Shown here: positions 10,039 through 17,637 of the stretch, piece after piece
Layout: each line of letters begins with the position of its first letter
How positions within the stretch are numbered: position 1 is the first letter of the stretch
IMG/VR virus record: IMGVR_UViG_3300045988_159436
Strand: one strand, 5' to 3'
Origin: a virus
Length of the DNA stretch: 64,000 nt
Notes under the pieces: model-generated
What the model was told of the DNA's origin: nothing
Database searches by the model: none
Seen by the model: the letters and a program-made list of their open reading frames with translations, nothing else
Position numbers and translations under genes: made by a program

Positions 10039-10467
10039 TTGGCATACCAAAAATTTACTGGTGAAGAATTTATTGATACAGAATTAACACCAAAATTAAA
10101 TGATAATTTTGATGCTGTACGTTCTGGGAATGCAGGAACAGTTTTCCCAACAGAAAATTTAGTAATTGGAATGAAATTTTTTGATACAAGTTCAAATAAA
10201 GAATATACTTTAGTTAATTTAAATCCTATAGAATGGAAAAAATTAGGTGGAACAGTAATAAGAAGAACGTTTACTTTAGCAGATTGGGTAAAGAGCGGGA
10301 ATAATTATATTTATAATCTTGGAGATGGACAGTATTCGGTAACTGGGGTAGGAGCGCAAAGTGGGAGCTCTTATAAGAGTGTGTTGATAGATGTTACTAA
10401 TAATAACTTAGTTTCCATATCTGTTTTTAGTGGATACGTAGATTATACAGAATATAATGAAGAGTAG
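10039..10467 (+). CDS. tail fibre N-terminal domain protein (paralogue of the 8126 and 17638 N-termini)
   Basis: MAYQKFTGEEFIDTELTPKLNDNF..NAGTVFPTENLVIGM is near-identical in pattern to the start of the 17638 ORF (MAYEAFTGEEYIDTDLVAKLNQNY). Confidence 0.45.
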   Translation: MAYQKFTGEEFIDTELTPKLNDNFDAVRSGNAGTVFPTENLVIGMKFFDTSSNKEYTLVNLNPIEWKKLGGTVIRRTFTLADWVKSGNNYIYNLGDGQYSVTGVGAQSGSSYKSVLIDVTNNNLVSISVFSGYVDYTEYNEE

Positions 10468-10479
10468 GAGTGATAATTT

Positions 10480-12294
10480 TTGGAACATATAACTAAACAA
10501 GAAGATGTAACAGTAACTAGAATAGTAAGCTCTTTAAATACTTTAGATGATGAAAATATGGTGGTAGTGTCCACTACAGAGCCAGAGAAGAAAAAAGATG
10601 GATTAATATGGGTTAATCCAAATCAAGAAGAAGCGGAAAAATTGGTTTATGTAGGACATACAGTTGGTGACATTTATCCCATTAGTTATACAGAGTTAGA
10701 TTCAGGTCAGTTAATATTAAATGGTCAGTTAATAAGCAGAGAAATATATGGTGTGTTATGGGATTGGTTGCAAAAACACCCTAGTTTAATAAAAACAGAA
10801 GTAGAGTGGAATGCATATTTAGCATCAACAAATAATGTATGTTGCCCATATTTTAGTATGGGAACTACTGAAACTAATTTTAGATTGCCTAAATATAGTG
10901 GAGTATTTATTAGAGCTGATTCTGATATAACTAAAATTAATCAATTTAGTGAAGATACACAAAGAAATATTCTTGGACAATTTACAACTTTTCGTACAAG
11001 TTGGGATGATGGTACTGGAGAATTACTTTTTGGAGTGAGTGGAGCTTTTGCAAAAGTAGAAACTGGTAATAATATGGACAGTATTCATCAAGATGGCTCA
11101 GACAGACAACAGCAAACTATAAATTTCGACGCTTCACGTTCAGTAGGCGCAGAGCATACTGGCGAAGAAGTAAAACCTAAATCAATAAATCAAATATGGG
11201 TTATTCAAGCTGTAGGAACTATTACTAATCAAACAAGTATTGATGTAAGTGCTATTCAAGAAGAAGTGCAACAATTAATGGATTTTGGGAATTATCAAGT
11301 AGCTTGCATTAAGGATAAATCCAATTATTTTTCAAGAGATAGTTTATTTACTTCAAACAAAACGTCTATTGTTATTCCTAAGAATATGCGGATAAATATA
11401 AATGGAGAGGCTTATATAAGCACACGTAATGTCACTCTTAATACTTCAACATTAGGTGAAAATCTAGCGGGTAAAGATGTTTATATTTATGCCTTAGCAG
11501 GTTCTGGAACAGAGCCAGATTTTGTATTATCTTTAAATAGTACAGTTCCTACAGGATATACAGCAGAAAATAGCCGTAAAATAGGTGGTTTTCATTGTTT
11601 ATGTAAAGATGTTGGGATTATAGAAGGGCATGCTTTATCTGGATATGTTGCAGGGGATATCTTACCAGCAACAAGATGGGATTTAGAACACCGCCCAAAA
11701 GGAAATCCAGAAGGATTTGCTTATGAAGAATTAACGGATTGTTGGATTGCGATTTATCTGCCAAGTTGGGACGGAACTAAATTAGTCAGTGTTTATAATG
11801 GAGTTATTGCTGATGGAAGCTCTGCTAAAAAATGGCATGGAGAAGCTTTTTATGAGCAATTTGTAAAACAAGGAATGCGTTTAGTTTGGCGGCACGAATT
11901 TCAAATGGGAGCAAAAGGTTCTAATGAACAAACAAATATTCAAGGTTCATCTGACCCTAATACTACAGGTGGGCATGTAGATACGGCTGGAAGAAGAATG
12001 ATTAGTAATATAGGATTAGAAGATTGTTGTGGTGTATTATGGCAATTTTCAATGGATTTAGGCTTTGCTGGCGGGTCTGGTTGGACAAATTCTACTTATA
12101 ACTCTAATGTAGACGATAGAAGTTATGGACGAACATATGGAACGCTTTATCGCTTGCTGTTGGGTTCTAGCTGGAATGTTGGCTCGTATTGCGGTTCTCG
12201 TTCGGCTAATTGCAATGATTCTTCGGCTTATGTGTCTGTCCACAACTCTTCTCGTAGTGCGTCTGAGCCGAGAATTGAAAATTTGAGAAACTAA
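10480..12294 (+). CDS. DGR target protein (receptor-binding-type protein with C-terminal variable region)
   Basis: The last ~50 codons are the VR copy of the downstream TR. C-terminus is rich in Gly/Ser/Asn/Tyr/Trp, as expected for a CLec/FGE-type variable domain, and ends 9 codons after the VR. Confidence 0.8.
   Translation: MEHITKQEDVTVTRIVSSLNTLDDENMVVVSTTEPEKKKDGLIWVNPNQEEAEKLVYVGHTVGDIYPISYTELDSGQLILNGQLISREIYGVLWDWLQKHPSLIKTEVEWNAYLASTNNVCCPYFSMGTTETNFRLPKYSGVFIRADSDITKINQFSEDTQRNILGQFTTFRTSWDDGTGELLFGVSGAFAKVETGNNMDSIHQDGSDRQQQTINFDASRSVGAEHTGEEVKPKSINQIWVIQAVGTITNQTSIDVSAIQEEVQQLMDFGNYQVACIKDKSNYFSRDSLFTSNKTSIVIPKNMRININGEAYISTRNVTLNTSTLGENLAGKDVYIYALAGSGTEPDFVLSLNSTVPTGYTAENSRKIGGFHCLCKDVGIIEGHALSGYVAGDILPATRWDLEHRPKGNPEGFAYEELTDCWIAIYLPSWDGTKLVSVYNGVIADGSSAKKWHGEAFYEQFVKQGMRLVWRHEFQMGAKGSNEQTNIQGSSDPNTTGGHVDTAGRRMISNIGLEDCCGVLWQFSMDLGFAGGSGWTNSTYNSNVDDRSYGRTYGTLYRLLLGSSWNVGSYCGSRSANCNDSSAYVSVHNSSRSASEPRIENLRN
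12154..12266 (+). repeat. DGR variable repeat (VR)
   Basis: 113 bp aligns to TR (12442-12554) with 16 mismatches, every one at a TR adenine. The flanks diverge immediately outside the repeat. Confidence 0.85.
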
Positions 12295-12329
12295 GAAACC
12301 GAGAAAAAGTTTGGATAGTTGGACAGAGA

Positions 12330-12349
12330 GGTCTAGAAACCGAGAGACC
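12330..12349 (+). other. hairpin downstream of VR (ggtct-N10-agacc), candidate homing-associated structure
   Basis: 5-bp stem with 10-nt loop, next to gaaaccgaga direct repeats; about 60 bp after VR. Confidence 0.25.
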
Positions 12350-12366
12350 GAGACTAAAATTTTTAG

Positions 12367-12395
12367 TTGTGAGAAAATAAAGAAGATTATATAAT
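12367..12395 (+). promoter_or_regulatory. candidate promoter for the TR-RT transcript (TTGTGA-17-TATAAT)
   Basis: ttgtga at 12367-72, 17-bp spacer, tataat at 12390-95. Confidence 0.3.
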
Positions 12396-12441
12396 AATAT
12401 TATATAAGGGCATATATGATACTTAGATTGGCAAGATTTTT

Positions 12442-12554
12442 TTGCTGTTGAGTTCTAACTGGAATAATGGCACGAATTGCAGTTCTCGTTCAGCTAATTG
12501 CAATGATTCATCAGCTAATGTGAATGTCAACAACTCTTCTCGTAGTACGTCTGA
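12442..12554 (+). repeat. DGR template repeat (TR), non-coding
   Basis: Cognate of VR. Adenines sit mainly in AAT/AAC-type positions of the VR frame. Separated from the RT start by a ~150-nt spacer. Confidence 0.85.
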
Positions 12555-12705
12555 TACGTGGGTGATTTTAAAGCAGGTGCGGCTTACCCTCGGCTGATTA
12601 TATATGCCTCACTGAAAAGTGAAATACAAAACAGGGAGAAATAGGGGCTAGTAAAGTAATTGAACGTCCTTATTTCTAAATTTTATTAAATTAAAAGGAT
12701 AATTA

Positions 12706-13722
12706 ATGAAAAGAAAAGGAAATTTATGGACTAAAATAATAGACAAAAGCAATTTATATTTGGCTTTTGAGAAAGCTAAAAGACATAAAAGTTGGCAAAG
12801 AAAGGTTAAAATTATAGAAGCAAATTTAGATTATTATATTGAAAAGTTACAAAATGATTTGATAACAGGTCAATATAAAACTGCTGAATATAAGTTAAAA
12901 ACAATTTATGAGCCAAAGAAAAGAGATATTTATATTTTGCCATTTTATCCAGATAGGATAGTTCATCACGCTATTATGAATGTTTTAGAGCCTATATGGG
13001 ATAATAGATTTATTTATAATAGTTATGCTTGTCGAAAAAATAAAGGTCAACATAAAGGCAGTATAAAATGTATGGAATACACTAGAAAGTTTAAATATTG
13101 TTTGAAATGTGATATAAGTAAATTTTATCCTTCTATTAATCACAGGCTTCTAAAGAAAGTGATACGTAAAAAAATAAAATGTAAAAAGACTTTAAATTTA
13201 TTAGATGAGATAATTGATAGTGTTGATACGCCTGTAAATGTTCCTATAGGAAATTATTTAAGTCAGTGGTTTGGAAACTTATATTTAAATGAGTTAGATG
13301 TTTTTCTAAAGCAAGAGAATTGTGTAAAAAATTATTTAAGATATTGCGATGATTTTTTATTATTTTCTGATGATAAAACATATTTAAATAAAATGGCTAA
13401 AATAATAAATGAATATGTAGTTAATATTTTAGAATTAAAACTTAGCAAATGTGTTTTGTTTCCAACAGCACAAGGAGTTGATTTTTTAGGATATAGACAT
13501 TTCCATGCTGGTTATGTTTTGGTAAGAAAATCAACAGCTAAAAGAATGAAGCGTAGGATTAAAAGATTAAAATATGAATTATTAAAGAATAAAATAAGTC
13601 AAGATAAGGCTTTATCTGTTGTAGCAAGTTTATCTGGGGGGTTAAGATGGGCTAATAGTTACAATTTAAAAATGTCTTTAGAGCTAGAATTATTAAAAAA
13701 GGAATTAGGAGGAAACTCTTAG
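12706..13722 (+). CDS. DGR-type reverse transcriptase
   Basis: RT motifs including YCDDFLLF (YxDD) and the DGR-specific motif-4 IGNYLSQWFGNLYLNELD (I/LGxxxSQ); RBS aaaggataattaATG. Confidence 0.9.
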   Translation: MKRKGNLWTKIIDKSNLYLAFEKAKRHKSWQRKVKIIEANLDYYIEKLQNDLITGQYKTAEYKLKTIYEPKKRDIYILPFYPDRIVHHAIMNVLEPIWDNRFIYNSYACRKNKGQHKGSIKCMEYTRKFKYCLKCDISKFYPSINHRLLKKVIRKKIKCKKTLNLLDEIIDSVDTPVNVPIGNYLSQWFGNLYLNELDVFLKQENCVKNYLRYCDDFLLFSDDKTYLNKMAKIINEYVVNILELKLSKCVLFPTAQGVDFLGYRHFHAGYVLVRKSTAKRMKRRIKRLKYELLKNKISQDKALSVVASLSGGLRWANSYNLKMSLELELLKKELGGNS

Positions 13723-14001
13723 GTGGACAAGTTCAGTAGTTTTGCAGAAGAAAGATTAGTTGGAGATAAGGTTAGTGTTTCTGACATTTTAAATAAAGAA
13801 ATAACAGTTTTATCTTATAAAATAATGAAAAGTAAAATAGAAGATGATAATTATGCTCAAATTCAAATTGAAATAAATGGTGAAAAGAAAGTTGTATTTA
13901 CAAGTTCTAAAGTTTTAAAAGACCAATTAGAAACTTATAAAGACCATATTCCTTTTATTGCAACAATAATTAAAACAAGAAAATATTTTTCTTTTAGTTA
14001 A
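13723..14001 (+). CDS. hypothetical protein (possible DGR accessory; not Avd-like)
   Basis: Immediately follows the RT stop (TAGGTG start). 92 aa, beta-rich, not basic or helical like Avd. Confidence 0.3.
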   Translation: MDKFSSFAEERLVGDKVSVSDILNKEITVLSYKIMKSKIEDDNYAQIQIEINGEKKVVFTSSKVLKDQLETYKDHIPFIATIIKTRKYFSFS

Positions 14002-14013
14002 GGGGGAAATGTA

Positions 14014-14301
14014 ATGATAGGCTATCCAAAACATTTAAATACAAAAGCAGATTATGAATATGTAAAAAGTAATTTTCCAAAGGAAATGTGGGAAAATGAT
14101 TTTCGTGTTTTATTGGAGACCGCACATGATTGGTTTTTTATTAGAGAATTAGAAAAAGGAGAGGTTCCTGTATTATTAGAAAATCAAAAGATAGAAAAAA
14201 CGGAAGAAAAAGATTGTTTATTTGAATATAAATATGATGAAAATTGCACATTAAATAGATTAGGATTTACAATAGAAGAAATTGAAGAATATTTAAAATA
14301 A
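14014..14301 (+). CDS. hypothetical protein
   Basis: RBS aagggggaaatgtaATG. Confidence 0.35.
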   Translation: MIGYPKHLNTKADYEYVKSNFPKEMWENDFRVLLETAHDWFFIRELEKGEVPVLLENQKIEKTEEKDCLFEYKYDENCTLNRLGFTIEEIEEYLK

Positions 14302-14304
14302 TAG

Positions 14305-14333
14305 TTGACAATTTTTACATAATATGGTATAAT
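14305..14333 (+). promoter_or_regulatory. sigma-A promoter (TTGACA-17-TGgTATAAT)
   Basis: -35 at 14305-10, 17-bp spacer, extended -10 at 14325-33. Confidence 0.6.
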
Positions 14334-14397
14334 ATTTATAGTGTTCAGATAACAGCTATGACTGTTAAGTTATTACTTAAAATTTAATAAGTAATGC

Positions 14398-14426
14398 TTG
14401 ACAGTCTTTTTATTTTATGTTATAAT
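14398..14426 (+). promoter_or_regulatory. second tandem sigma-A promoter (TTGACA-17-TATAAT)
   Basis: -35 at 14398-403, -10 at 14421-26. Confidence 0.5.
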
Positions 14427-14447
14427 AGTATTGAGGTGGAGGAAATA

Positions 14448-14645
14448 TTGAAAGATTTTGAGAAACGTTTAAGTAAACAAAATTTTATGTTAATTAAAGT
14501 AAATGAATATTATTTTATTAGAAAAAGCAGAGCGTTTAAAAATAGTTATATGGTATTAGATTCAAAAGGGTATTTGATAGATTGTTTACAAGAAAAAATA
14601 GTTCGGCAAGTTTTTTTAGGCATAGATTTGGGGGAATGGGAATGA
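14448..14645 (+). CDS. small EWE-terminus family protein (1)
   Basis: TTG start with RBS ggaggaaata; ends ...LGEWE-TGA inside GAATGGGAATGA, which contains the next gene's ATG. ORF-track start 14394 lies upstream of the promoter -10. Confidence 0.45.
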   Translation: MKDFEKRLSKQNFMLIKVNEYYFIRKSRAFKNSYMVLDSKGYLIDCLQEKIVRQVFLGIDLGEWE

Positions 14646-14857
14646 TTAAAAAACCTAATAATAATTGTAAATTATGCAAGTGTCTTCATAACTATAGCTA
14701 TTTTAAAAAAGGTGAGTATTATTGGGCTGAATTAGGAGAACGTTTTTTTGCTGGTGCAGTTGTAGTATATTTTGGGAAGGACAGACATAATATGTGCTCT
14801 GTGGTTTTTTCCGACTTTTTCATTAAATTTCGATGGGAGGATTCACAATGGGAATGA
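14636..14857 (+). CDS. small EWE-terminus family protein (2)
   Basis: ATG embedded in GAATGGGAATGA; ends ...DSQWE-TGA. ORF-track start 14582 is internal to the previous gene. Confidence 0.45.
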   Translation: MGMIKKPNNNCKLCKCLHNYSYFKKGEYYWAELGERFFAGAVVVYFGKDRHNMCSVVFSDFFIKFRWEDSQWE

Positions 14858-15054
14858 GGATAACAGTAACTCCAAAAAGACAACTTATACATTATAATTT
14901 AAATGAGCAATATATAGCAGTGCCTGTATTTAGTGTGTATGGAAGTATGGAATATAATATTTATAATAAAAAAGGCAATCTTTTAAATTCTTGGGTATCC
15001 CAAGAGTCATTATTTAATTTTTTTAAAAAGGTAGTAGATAAAGAATGGGAATAA
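14848..15054 (+). CDS. small EWE-terminus family protein (3)
   Basis: ATGGGAATGAGG start overlaps the previous stop (alternative ATG at 14833); ends ...DKEWE-TAA. Confidence 0.45.
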   Translation: MGMRITVTPKRQLIHYNLNEQYIAVPVFSVYGSMEYNIYNKKGNLLNSWVSQESLFNFFKKVVDKEWE

Positions 15055-15254
15055 AGTTAGTAAAGGCAAAAGATAATTCGGCTCATTTTAGTCGTGGAGA
15101 GTTGTATAAAGTAACCCCATATAAAACTATGTATGGAGAAACAAAATATACTATTTATACTGAGAATGGGTGGTTTATAAAAAGTTTTGTAACAGAAGGG
15201 GAATTACTTTATTTTTTTGATGTAGTTAATAATTATAATTTTGGATGGGAATAA
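15045..15254 (+). CDS. small EWE-terminus family protein (4)
   Basis: Start ATGGGAATAAAG overlaps the previous EWE stop; ends ...NFGWE-TAA. Confidence 0.45.
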   Translation: MGIKLVKAKDNSAHFSRGELYKVTPYKTMYGETKYTIYTENGWFIKSFVTEGELLYFFDVVNNYNFGWE

Positions 15255-15269
15255 AAGGAGGAAATAAAA

Positions 15270-15647
15270 ATGGAACCAATTATTAGTCCGTGGGTATTTT
15301 ATTTTATTGATAAGTTAGATGAGGTGTCTGGATTGCCTTTATCAATTTTTGCTTTTGGAATGTTAACAAATTTTATATTAGTTATGGTTACTGAAACATC
15401 AGAAGAGTTTAAAAGGTGGTTTTTTCCAAAAGCGTGGTTAGCACTTTTTTTGCTATCAGTTATGTTTGTTTTTTTAGTTCCTACAAAAGAAACGGCATAC
15501 AAAATGATTATAGCAAATTATGTAACGCCTAACAGTATTTCTATAGTAAAAGAAGCCACAGAAGATAACATTGCTTCTTTAATAGATAAAATAGCAGTTG
15601 CTTCACAGGCATTATCAGGAAGGGAGAAAGAATCAAAATCCAAATGA
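15270..15647 (+). CDS. small membrane protein (paralogue of the 61102 ORF)
   Basis: RBS aaggaggaaat; two hydrophobic segments; shares ISPW..Y and PTKET..KM motifs with 61102-61404. Confidence 0.45.
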   Translation: MEPIISPWVFYFIDKLDEVSGLPLSIFAFGMLTNFILVMVTETSEEFKRWFFPKAWLALFLLSVMFVFLVPTKETAYKMIIANYVTPNSISIVKEATEDNIASLIDKIAVASQALSGREKESKSK

Positions 15648-15844
15648 AACAGATAGAAAAAGTAAAGAAATTATATAAACCAAAATTTGAAATAGTAAGA
15701 GCAGAGAAAGTAAAAGATAATTATATATTATTCTTAGATGATAAAAATATTATATTAGAAGAAGATGCTTTTAAATCATTATTTGAGCTTTATAGTGCTT
15801 TAGTTTCTTACTATGATGTAAGAAAGGATGAAACAAATGATTGA
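15644..15844 (+). CDS. hypothetical protein
   Basis: ATGA overlap with the previous gene. Confidence 0.35.
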   Translation: MKQIEKVKKLYKPKFEIVRAEKVKDNYILFLDDKNIILEEDAFKSLFELYSALVSYYDVRKDETND

Positions 15845-15898
15845 ATTATTCAATAGGGATTGTTTTGAAGTAGCAAAACGTAGAATAGAGGAAATAAA

Positions 15899-16432
15899 AT
15901 GATTATACGCAAAGATGATTATTTTAAAGTTCGTACTTTTTTTAAGTATGATGGTAATTCCTTTTTTAAAGGAGATTTATTACGAATAGTAAATAGTTGG
16001 TCAGATGAGGAAGCGGACTTTTGTAGTGAGTATTTTGAGTTATTTTTAAAGAAAAACAATTTAATGTTTAATCAAAAGTTTCAGGTTTTGGATTATGATG
16101 GAAAATATGCTGTTGGTAATGGGGCAAAATTTTGGATAGCAGATAATAAACTTCATTGTGATAATCCAGAGATGAATACTCGGCTTATTATGTTAGAACT
16201 ATTTGCTGGTAATTGTAGTGTAAAACAATTTCCTTATTATCCCACAAATGGTGATGTATATTTTTATGTCTATATGGACGGAAGCAATAATCAGGGAGTT
16301 GTATCTAAGGGAGTATTTTATGGTAATTTAGTAGACCAGCTTTTGCGAAGTTTAGGAAAATGTTATAGAACTAGAAACGAAGCAGAAGAGCATTTAAAAG
16401 AGGATGTTAATTTTTTATTAAAAGGAAGATGA
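15899..16432 (+). CDS. hypothetical protein
   Basis: RBS ggaaataaaATG. Confidence 0.4.
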   Translation: MIIRKDDYFKVRTFFKYDGNSFFKGDLLRIVNSWSDEEADFCSEYFELFLKKNNLMFNQKFQVLDYDGKYAVGNGAKFWIADNKLHCDNPEMNTRLIMLELFAGNCSVKQFPYYPTNGDVYFYVYMDGSNNQGVVSKGVFYGNLVDQLLRSLGKCYRTRNEAEEHLKEDVNFLLKGR

Positions 16433-16436
16433 AAAA

Positions 16437-16688
16437 ATGGAAACTAAATTATTAATTATTTTAGAAAGTTTAGAAAACAAAGGGGATATAAATTCTGAAA
16501 TAGATTTATCTGAAACAGGTTATACTCCAAAAGTTATTAAAGAAGCATTACAGTCTTTAGGTTATAAAATGGTTAGTGGTTCTTGGGATTGTTACGATTT
16601 TTCAGAGGAATATGAGAAAGAGGGGGCATCAAATGTGGTGCTATCTTTTAATGCAGAAACTTTTAAATTCACAATAATGGGGGTATAA
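16437..16688 (+). CDS. hypothetical protein
   Basis: RBS gaaaaaATG overlapping the previous stop. Confidence 0.35.
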   Translation: METKLLIILESLENKGDINSEIDLSETGYTPKVIKEALQSLGYKMVSGSWDCYDFSEEYEKEGASNVVLSFNAETFKFTIMGV

Positions 16689-16714
16689 AAATAACACTAG
16701 AAGATATTGCAGTA

Positions 16715-17011
16715 ATGAGCGCAAAAGTTCCGCAAGAATTGTTAATTTCTTATATACAAAATGTGTCTTTAATTTATCTTATAGCGATTTTTGTTGGCAT
16801 CCTTTTCTTGGTATCTGTTATCCTTTTTCTGGCATATTGGTTAAAGAATGGGTTAGAAACGTTAGATGAGGGGACATTAACTATTATCGCACTTTTTTTA
16901 GTAAGCACTTCTCTTTTTACTATTGGAGCTTCTTTTCAGGCTTTTGAAAGTTTTATTTTTTATTTTAATTGCTATTTTAATCCATTAGTTATGATATTAC
17001 AGGCGGTGTAA
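16715..17011 (+). CDS. small membrane protein
   Basis: Three hydrophobic segments. Confidence 0.35.
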   Translation: MSAKVPQELLISYIQNVSLIYLIAIFVGILFLVSVILFLAYWLKNGLETLDEGTLTIIALFLVSTSLFTIGASFQAFESFIFYFNCYFNPLVMILQAV

Positions 17012-17016
17012 AAATA

Positions 17017-17223
17017 ATGTATAAAGTTTGGGTAGTAATAAGTGGAAAAAAATACTGGATAAAAAGTGCTGATTTTTTCCAAATTAGTGGAACGCAAATT
17101 GAAAACTCTGATGATGTAAAAATTTATCTTACTAAGGAAGATGCAGAAGAGGCATTAAAGCAGGTTCGTATAGATATGAGAGGGACAGCTACAGATTCAG
17201 GAATATTAGAAATTATGAAGTAA
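17017..17223 (+). CDS. hypothetical small protein (YKVW..SGKKYW family)
   Basis: Paralogue of the next ORF (MYKVWVVISGKKYWIK vs MAYKVWITARGKKYWV). Confidence 0.4.
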   Translation: MYKVWVVISGKKYWIKSADFFQISGTQIENSDDVKIYLTKEDAEEALKQVRIDMRGTATDSGILEIMK

Positions 17224-17235
17224 GAGGTTATAAAA

Positions 17236-17508
17236 ATGGCATATAAAGTTTGGATAACAGCACGTGGGAAGAAATATTGGGTAACAAAATTTGTAAACAT
17301 TGCAGGAGTTCTTGAAATTCATTTTACACAAGATATAACAGATAATGTAGCTATATATCCCAGTAAGGATATAGCAAGACGAGCATTAATAGCTACTTTA
17401 AATCATATACCAGAAGCTGTAGAAGGAGGAATGTTGGAAATTCCTGCAAAAATAATTAAAAAAAAAAGGTTGACAAAAATCCGAAAGTATGCTATAATAG
17501 ACATATAA
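17236..17508 (+). CDS. hypothetical small protein (paralogue of 17017)
   Basis: RBS gaggttataaaaATG; A10 tract near the 3' end. Confidence 0.4.
   Translation: MAYKVWITARGKKYWVTKFVNIAGVLEIHFTQDITDNVAIYPSKDIARRALIATLNHIPEAVEGGMLEIPAKIIKKKRLTKIRKYAIIDI
17470..17498 (+). promoter_or_regulatory. sigma-A promoter (TTGACA-17-TGcTATAAT)
   Basis: -35 at 17470-75, -10 at 17493-98. Confidence 0.5.
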
Positions 17509-17526
17509 ATAAAGAGTAAAAACAAT

Positions 17527-17556
17527 GGGGAAGCTCTGAAAGGGCTTCCTTTTTAG
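17527..17556 (+). terminator. rho-independent terminator (ggaagc...gcttcc + T5)
   Basis: GC stem followed by a T-run, about 30 nt downstream of the predicted transcription start. Confidence 0.55.
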
Positions 17557-17637
17557 CATATTGAATGGAGGGTTGAAATGGTAGAGAATAAAATGCCATT
17601 ATATTTCAATGCTGGGGAATTGGGCGGGGTGAGATGA

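Noticed and set aside
12295-12441. gaaaccgaga direct repeats between VR and TR as a CRISPR-like or iteron array
   Set aside because: There are only two or three short imperfect copies. They are better explained as part of the DGR homing-associated structure.
13723-14001. The 92-aa ORF after the RT as the DGR accessory variability determinant (Avd)
   Set aside because: It is not basic and not predicted four-helix. It looks beta-rich, so it is kept only as an unassigned possible accessory.
17458-17467. A10 tract inside the 3' end of the ORF at 17236, as a frameshift or slippage site
   Set aside because: It lies 14 codons from the stop and has no alternative-frame extension of interest. It is more likely just the AT-rich upstream element of the promoter at 17470.
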